Below are positions 56,020-64,000 of a DNA stretch of 64,000 bases, one piece after another. A program made the position numbers and the translations under genes. Position 1 is the first letter of the stretch. Every line of letters starts with the position of its first letter. The DNA is from Octopus vulgaris (Eukaryota): contig OX597818.1 of assembly GCA_951406725.2 (NCBI GenBank), forward strand, positions 33,666,001 to 33,730,000, written 5' to 3'. The notes beneath the pieces are model-generated. The model searched no databases, had not been told where the DNA came from, and was given only the letters and a program-made list of their open reading frames with translations.

Positions 56020-56181
56020 TTAACCCCTTACCCGGCAGAAACGAATATATACGTTTTGACCGAAATCGTTTTTTTCTATCTCTGGCGAGTTAACTCGTCA
56101 AAAGATAGACTCGCCAAAATCGACAGCAAACGAGTTCCTTCGTCTAAAAACGGGTTAACTCGTTTCTGCCCAAAGCGGTAA
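56020..56181. mobile_element. Small MITE, possibly piggyBac-like
   Basis: Imperfect terminal inverted repeats: ttaacccctta...ggcagaaacga and tcgtttctgccc...ggtaa. Confidence 0.45.
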
Positions 56182-57344
56182 TTTAAAATCAATATTATTG
56201 AATTAAAATTCATAATAAATAAGGTTTGAAATATACCTCGAAATCACCATTCAAAACATAGTAAAATAAAACAATTAAAAAATATGTCTGAAAAAATACA
56301 TTTATTTTCAAAATAATTGTTGGACAACCGTTCTTAAAGCAATGGCTATCTTCGTTCATTGCACTATTTTTCAAGTTAGTTCACATTCTTAAATCTGTCG
56401 GCTTTCGTCTCCTTTATGAAGTCAATTTTTATTTCTCTTGTGCAATTCTACTTGAAAATTCATAGCTAGGCCGGCTCTATAAGCAATATTTTTTCAGATT
56501 CCATTCCCTCTCTAGACAAAATTCTCCGATATCCTGTTATAATCTTCATTTACGTCATTACATACTCACACATTTCTATTATTATTTTACACCACCAAGT
56601 TACTCAGTTCAGGCGGTTTATACCATTTATTATGTACCTTTACATTTGGAATCATGTGATGCTATTCTTTGAAGTGAAAACTTTTCTCAACCCTGCCATA
56701 ATATGGCCTTCACTTCTCACTGATGAAAAGTGATGGAAATAATCGAAAATGACTATTTTTTATATCACTTTCAATCTCTTTCTCTCCTCCCTAATCAGAA
56801 TTACCGCTTCTTTAGAGACAGACTTAAGAGAGATCAACTTCTCCCTGCCCCTCTCTCCCCTGCTTCTCTTTTTCCATCTCTGTCTTTTGTACTCTCCCTT
56901 TTCCTCCCTCTCTATTTCCTCTCCACACACACTCAAACAAATTTCTAACTAGAAAAGTAAAAGAAAAGAAATCCATTCGTGTCATGCCTGAGAAATTCCG
57001 ACATCCTTTCCTACTCATTGGTTCTACTTGTTTTTCATCTCTTAAATAGCAAATCTCTTCCCAAAATCATCCCCATGGCTATGGGTAGCATTCCCATCCA
57101 CCTACATTTTTTTTGTGAGTTCTACTCAAGTATCACTTAAGATACTCGATATTCTTTTTCGTTAAATTTCTAATTGAATTATTATTTATAACATCCCATA
57201 CTGCTATAGAGGTGGAACCACTTCGTACCTCTTAAAAGCCATTGCATAATGTAATTTCATTGCCGATACGTAATTGCTGAATCAGTTTAAAACACTTGTG
57301 TCTGATGACATTTTGATAACACATCGATCTTTCTTGTTTCTTTC

Positions 57345-57955
57345 TTTTATTCTTTTACTTGTTTTAGTCATATGACTGTGACCATGCTGGAGCACCGCCT
57401 TTAGTCAAGCAAATCGACCCCAGGACTTATTCTTTGTAAGCCTAGTACTTATTCTATCGGTCTCTTTTGCCGAACCGCTAAGTTACGGGGACGTAAACAC
57501 ACCACGATCGGTTGTCAAGCAATGTTGAGGGGACAAACACAAACACATAAACACACACACCCACACACACAAATATATATATACACATATATACTACGGG
57601 CTTCTTTCAGTTTCCGTCTACCAAATCCACTCACAAGGCTTTCGTCGGTCTGAAGCTATAGTAGAAGACACTTGCCCAAGGAACCATGTAGTTGATAAGC
57701 AACCTACTTACCTATTTCTTTATTACCCACAAGGGGCTAAACACAGAGGGGACAAATAAGGACAGACATAGGTATTAAGTCGATTACATCGACCCCAGTG
57801 CGTAACTGGTACTTAATTTATCGACCCCGAAAGGATGAAAGGCAAAGTCGACCTCGGCGGAATTTGAACTCACAACGTAACGCAGACGAAATACCGCTAA
57901 GCATTTCGCCCGGCGTGCTAACGTTTCTGCCAGCTCCAGCCACTCCTGCGCCTAT
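57345..57955 (-). mobile_element. SINE family A interrupted by a nested family D SINE (57713-57935)
   Basis: The family A body spans 57345-57712 and its head remnant cagccactcctgcgccta is at ~57937-57955. A full family D copy lies between them. Confidence 0.85.
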
Positions 57956-58986
57956 TTTCTGAACAAAATATCTCAAGTACATCATGGAATGGCAATTGGT
58001 AATTGGAGAAGACATGATGGTCGGTATGCGACTGATTATAACGGGGCTGGGGATTTTCGAACTGGTTGTGGTGATGGTGGCGGTTGGTGGTGATGGTGAC
58101 AGCGATGGTAACGTTGATGGTAGTAGATGTGGACGTTGTATTTGTAACTCTGATTGGTACAGTTAGGACAATGATGGTTAGGTTGTGGTCATGGAAGTGG
58201 TTTTGATGGCAGTCTTAGTAACAGTAATGAGAATGGTACCAGAAGTAGTATTAGGAGGAGTAACAACACTCGCTATTAAACTTAAGTGTTTCCGATAAAA
58301 TTATTTTCGAGTAACTTACACTATTTTTATTCATATTGAATGCAGTAAAAAAATCGAGATATTCATGGCTGGAAAACAGCTATAGATCGGTGAGATAATT
58401 GCAAACTGGGTTTTAATTAATCGTAATAATAAATATCTTAGACTGCCTACAAATATCGTATGTAAAGTCACTCTTATTCAGGTTTAAAGCAAAGTGAAGG
58501 AAATTACACTATTTTACCAGGAAAAATACTTACCAAAGATTGTAGGGAAGAAATATGGCAAACAAATTTAATTTTTGAGGCAAATATTTTTTCTCACCTG
58601 GAATTTAAGTTTTGAACTCTTGTGAGCCGTATAACAACTATAGATTTTTGTGATTCATGATCGAATTAATATTTTTAAACACATTTTTTAAAAACTAAGT
58701 AACTATAAAACTAATGTTTATAAACAGAATTAAAATATCAAATAAATTCTAAATTACTAAACTCATTTTTCTTCTTCATCACTCCCAATTGGAATTTCTC
58801 TCTCATGTTATTCCTTGTATTTTTGTTATCGCCAGCAGAATAATTTAATCCCTCTCATTCTAACTTCATTCTTATATTTAAGACTTTCTTCCGTTTCAGC
58901 TCTCTCTCGCAACTGTTCCTCAAAGAAAGTAAATAGTATTGGATCAGGAATGAATTAATATTGATTTTCATACTCTCCTTTATTGC

Positions 58987-59049
<63 letters not shown>

Positions 59050-59086
59050 CATCATCATCATCATCACCAACATCATAATCCCCTTT
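58987..59086. repeat. (TAT)n/(CAT)n microsatellite
   Basis: Direct inspection. Confidence 0.95.
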
Positions 59087-60957
59087 CTTCCTTTCACTCT
59101 CTCTCCTCCTCATCTCTCTCACTTTCCCTCAATACTTCTTCATTTGTTCTTTTAGTTGCTGAGATCATATTGGTATTTGTCACATAAAGCAATTCTAGTC
59201 ATTCGTAGTCATTCGTACTAAAGGGCTGGTCTGGAATTTGAAATATTTCATTATCAGTTGCTAACAATAATGAATAGTATGATGTATTAACTTGAATACT
59301 TTTATTTATTTTATTATTATTATTCTTTGCTTTCTTTTTTTTTTTACTTGTGTTGTCGGATGATGGTAATCTCCCCAGAAACGAACCTCCAGTTCAGATG
59401 CAATTGTCGCTGAATTCATTTCAGTTTATTTTCTGAACTAATGACCTTGGAATGCAACTAAATAAAACTTCTTTCTTGTTTGCTGTCGCATTAAAAGTCC
59501 TTGAAGTATAAGGCCTACTAAATCGGCTACTGTCAATAAAATTGTGACACATGAATATCGTCTTATATAGCCTTGTACACGTCGTCAACGTTGATTTGAG
59601 TATAAACTGAGCAGGAAAATACTAACAGACAACTAATGCGTTCCACGCTTCTACCTAGCCTACTGCATACTGCATACACGCGTTTAAACCATTTAATCAT
59701 GTAATCATGGTACTAAACGTCATCTACTTAACAAAGTGTACTCGGGAATGGGTGATAATACTCTGAGAATAGACAGTTGGCCTTCACCTTTAATTACGCA
59801 AAACGGTCCGATGGTGAATAGGAAAATCCAGACTAGAAAAGGTGTAACCTGAATAGAAATTTAGATGAGATGAAATCGATGGTAGATGTACATCTCGGCG
59901 ATTAAACTTGCAAAGAATTTGCCCTATAGGTACTAAACAATGTTGAATTTGATACCCTTATCTAAATATTTTATATCTTCACTGTAAATCATTTCTTATT
60001 AATAAATTCTTATTAAATAAAATTGCCTCGCGCGTTTTTTTATTTCCTTCTTTATCTGGCGCACCCATCACTTTTATTGCTACTAACTATTATCGTTGTT
60101 CTTGATGTCGATTAGATTTAGGTCAACCCTAATCCAAGAGATCTGTAATCAAAGTATCTCCAGCCTTGACATTCTAATCTTATGTTCAGTCACGATGTAT
60201 TTGATATATTTAGTAACACATTATCCCAAATTGCCTTTTGGCTTTTAAGATGATATGATTTGACAAAAACCTGGCTACTATTTCTAGCATGTCAGGCAAC
60301 CACAGCAAGACTCGTACGCTGGCATTTTTTCTTATTTCCTAAGCGTTATATTTCATGCCTTCTTCAAACTTACTTCTGTACTACTATAGATTTTACACAC
60401 TTGTTTCCTTTTATTTATAGCATCTTTCCTACCAAATATTTCATTTTACCTCCTTTATAACTTTCTTCGTTGTTTTTTAAGCCTGACACTTCAACACATT
60501 TTCCTCTAAAACCCCTCCAATGCTTCTCTCCTATCTTATTTCGTCCTAACAACTTCTGGTGTTAAGTAAATTTTCAGTCTCGCAATTAATATCGAACTGT
60601 TATAAAACAGTGACCAATGAACCAGCTTTCAAGTCTCTTGTATTCATCAATTGTCTTCATAATGTGTCAAAAGCACCAGCTTCAAACAAGCATAAATCAC
60701 TGTAACTCATAAAATTGAATCCGACATATCTGTTTCTCACTTTTCCTCGCTCTATTTTGTCTCTTGCTTTTTCTCTTTTTTCAATTTCCATCTAATTCCG
60801 ATGTTGCCAATATCAATAGTCCATTGTCGTAAGAAACTGTTATCTTAACTAGGTCGAAATATTTCTGTCCATTTACATACTTTTAATCTTCTCTTTCTAC
60901 ATATTATACCAATGAACACACGCACATATTTGAGTATGTTTCTGCATGTATATACAC

Positions 60958-61152
60958 GACCGATAGAATAAGTACTAGGCCTACAAAGAACAAGTCCTGG
61001 GGGCGATTTGCTCGACTAAAGGCGGTGCTCCGGCATGGCCGCAGTCAAATGACTGAAACAAGTAAAAGAGTAAAAGAGTAAAGAGTATATATTCTATTAT
61101 TCTTTTACTTGTTTCAATCATTTGACTGCGACCATGCTGGAGCACCGCCTTA
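60958..61152. mobile_element. Two SINE family A 3' ends arranged tail-to-tail
   Basis: 60958-61087 (+) ends in (taaaagag)n. 61095-61152 is the reverse-complement tail. Confidence 0.85.
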
Positions 61153-61170
61153 AATATTTAAAAGTGTGAG

Positions 61171-61288
61171 ATGCTTACAGCACCTAGGTTTCCCAAGCGG
61201 TCACCCATCTAAGTACTTGCTAGGCTCGGCTTTGCTTAACTTAGGCGATCGGACAAAAACGGTGCATTCAACGTGATATGGCCGTACA
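61171..61288 (-). pseudogene. 5S rRNA pseudogene (isolated, diverged)
   Basis: The minus strand tacggccatatcacgttgaatgcaccg...gtccgatc...aagttaagc...agtacttagatgggtgaccgcttgggaaacc..ggtgctgtaagc aligns with metazoan 5S over ~118 nt with multiple substitutions. There is no oligo-T terminator or tandem array. Confidence 0.88.
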
Positions 61289-62235
61289 TATAAATGCATG
61301 TATATGTATGTGTGTGTATGTGCATGCGTGTGTGTGTGGATGTTCTTGTGTGTATGAACGCGCAAGTGTATTTGTGTAACCGTTCCTGCCTAAAAAGATG
61401 TTCTTGCTGTATGTATTACTATCGTGACAACAATAAAAAAAAATTGTTACTATTTCATCCATAGCAGGAGCAACGGGTTGAGTTACTGAGCACTCTCAGG
61501 GGTTAAATATATTGCTAAGATGCTCTAAACTTGAAATGCCAAAACTGAACTATGTATTTTTACTATATAACCTCTAGAATGTAAGTCAGCGATCCGATAT
61601 ATCAAATACAGCTTATAGAGTCCTCTGAAGGTAATTTTTATTGCCCATACTAAATCAGTTATTATTTGTCGTTGATATATAAAGTAATTTCTTCTTACGT
61701 TTTATTTTTATTCCAACAATTGCTACATATATATTGGGAGGCTAAAAGTGTAACTATCTTAAATTCAACAGCGGCTGACGTGGTGATAGATCACCGAAAT
61801 TTTTAGATAGGCAATAAATTAGCAAGTAGATATCCAATATTTTGTACATTGACTTATATCTTCAGCTTAAAGAATAACTGATAAGAGAAGATGATATTTA
61901 GAAACTCTTAATTAACCCGCCATAGATATTCATATGTGTCTGTGTGTGTGTGCGTATTTGAGTGTTTCAAGTTGAAAGGATGTTAGATTCTTTATGAAAT
62001 AACATTCCCCAAAAAGAAGCAAGTACTAGAGGCGATTCGATTTCCAGTTGGTGTCATAACGTAATCACTGTAAAATGATGAACACAGGTAAAAGAAAATT
62101 AATAATAACAAAGACAATTTTAAGGAATGTGGGTAACTGGAATACTTACCTACTCGTATTTGACAGGTATAATTTTCGATCGGCCAAGAGAAATGGAAGG
62201 TAAGTTGACCTGGGCGGTATTTCTACTCAGAACGC

Positions 62236-62266
<31 letters not shown>

Positions 62267-62583
62267 AATGTATGTATGTATGTATGTATGTATGTATGTG
62301 TGTGTGTGTATGTATGTATGTATGTATGTATGTATGTATGTATGTATGTGTGTGTGTGTATGTATGTATGTATGTATGTATGTATGTATGTGTGTAACTA
62401 TGTATGTATGTAAGTATACATGTATGTATGCATGTATGTATGTATGCATGTGTGTATGTATGTAGGTATACATACACAGGTGGGTGCCTGTGTATATAAA
62501 TGTATGTATATCTATATAAAATAGTAAAATAGTAAAATAATAAAATAATATTTATATACATAAGTAGCACATACACACACACA

Positions 62584-62637
<54 letters not shown>

Positions 62638-62785
62638 GTATTACTAAAATATATGGAATGTATATTCGACTTTTATTAAGTACAACACATGTTTCGACCC
62701 GCTCTTCTCGGTTTCTTTCGGTACATCAATAAAAGAGGTCGCACAAGAGATATTTTGTGTCGGCTTGCTTACCGCTATATGTATA

Positions 62786-62849
<64 letters not shown>

Positions 62850-63944
62850 TATATATATACATATACACATATATATATATATATATACGTTATTTGCGTA
62901 TAAACAATCTTTATCCACCAGTGTAGTGTTGAGTACTCATTCTCATTGTTCAATACTTACGTATACACATATATACACACATTATGCTTGGTATTGTGCC
63001 ACTGCGGTCCGAATGAGATCGAAATGGGATTCTGTTGCTATGTTGAGAAACTGCTACAGAGACACATCGCATAACTTTCACACCTTCATGCGTTGATTAT
63101 GCAGCGCATGTGCCCTAGCACGAATAACGCGCTCTATATCGTTCACTCTAGCGATATGACCGGTATCAATTCCACCTTCATTTAATGTCTTTTTATGCGC
63201 CTATTCTAAGCTATTCACTATCCTCTCTATTCTACTGCTTTCTATTGCTCTTTCTTAAACTCACTTTAACCAAGCATGATGTTGAGAATATTTTCTGTTT
63301 GTTGTGGCTTGTCTAATTCCTTAACCCGGTCCTGAAATCTTCCCTTGTCGAGATTGTCTAGTTTTCTGTAACTTGATCATTAACCTATTGGTCTTGTCTA
63401 AGTTGAACTATCAAATCTCGAATTTGTGGCCTGTGTATCGAAATACCTGACATTGTAGATAGCTTATGCTAAGTTTGTCAGTACATTTAATGAGGTCATC
63501 AATTTACCACCGGAGAAAATCAAGGTGATGTCTGACAGATAGTTGAAAGCGTCTTACGGGGCTAATTCTTTCTAGATTTGGAGCCTAAACGACTATTCAT
63601 CTGAATGTAATGTTTGCTGTCCCTGCATATTATTTGTTTAATGTCTCTGCATATTATCTGTGCTTACCTGTGACAAAATTCCTATGATCACGTGTAAGGG
63701 TCACGGATAAAAGCTTTTTGTTACTCAGTCTATGGAGTGCTGAAACCATTCTTTCTTCTTCGTTATAGCTTTCTTGATTTAACTGTTTATCTCATCAGCC
63801 AAATGAGATTTTGCTACATCCTTCAGCCTTTCTTGTACCAGAGCGAATTTATGCATATCTTCATATATTATCCTTAATAACATCTGAGTTAATATTTTGT
63901 AGCGAAGCGTACAGACAAAATAGCCTAACAGTATGTCTGGGTTT

Positions 63945-64000
63945 TTTTCTAGCCCTTTTCAAGCCAAGCCTAGCCAGGCTAATGGGCCCGGTGTCCCGGT
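63945..64000 (-). mobile_element. SINE family C 3' end (runs off the window)
   Basis: The reverse complement accgggacaccgggcccattagcc resembles 11917-11945. Confidence 0.55.

Overview
This is AT-rich, repeat-saturated eukaryotic non-coding DNA. The SINE, LINE and microsatellite make-up strongly suggests an octopus (cephalopod) genome; that is an inference from recognisable repeat families. I can support no intact host protein-coding gene, and nearly all listed ORFs are translations of microsatellites. The window holds decayed Tc1/mariner transposases, RLE-type (R4/Dong-like), Tx1/L1-like and CR1-like LINE fragments, Penelope (PLE) GIY-YIG and RT fragments, many tRNA-derived SINEs, non-autonomous Helitrons (including a head-to-tail composite array) and a 5S rRNA pseudogene. 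The most striking signal is a set of hammerhead-ribozyme (HHR)-bearing non-coding elements. (1) A young 362-bp tandem array at 36.5-37.8 kb carries in each unit a minimal type I HHR with a compensated U3-A8 core and a palindromic stem III, which is retrozyme-like. (2) An older relative at 41.6-42.4 kb has the same architecture of tandem copies plus an inverted copy. (3) A ~5.4-kb palindrome at 44.2-49.6 kb has an outward-facing HHR at each end. (4) Several more degenerate HHR motifs occur elsewhere. Several of these elements are arranged head-to-head, and the best-preserved ones end in (TA)n tracts.
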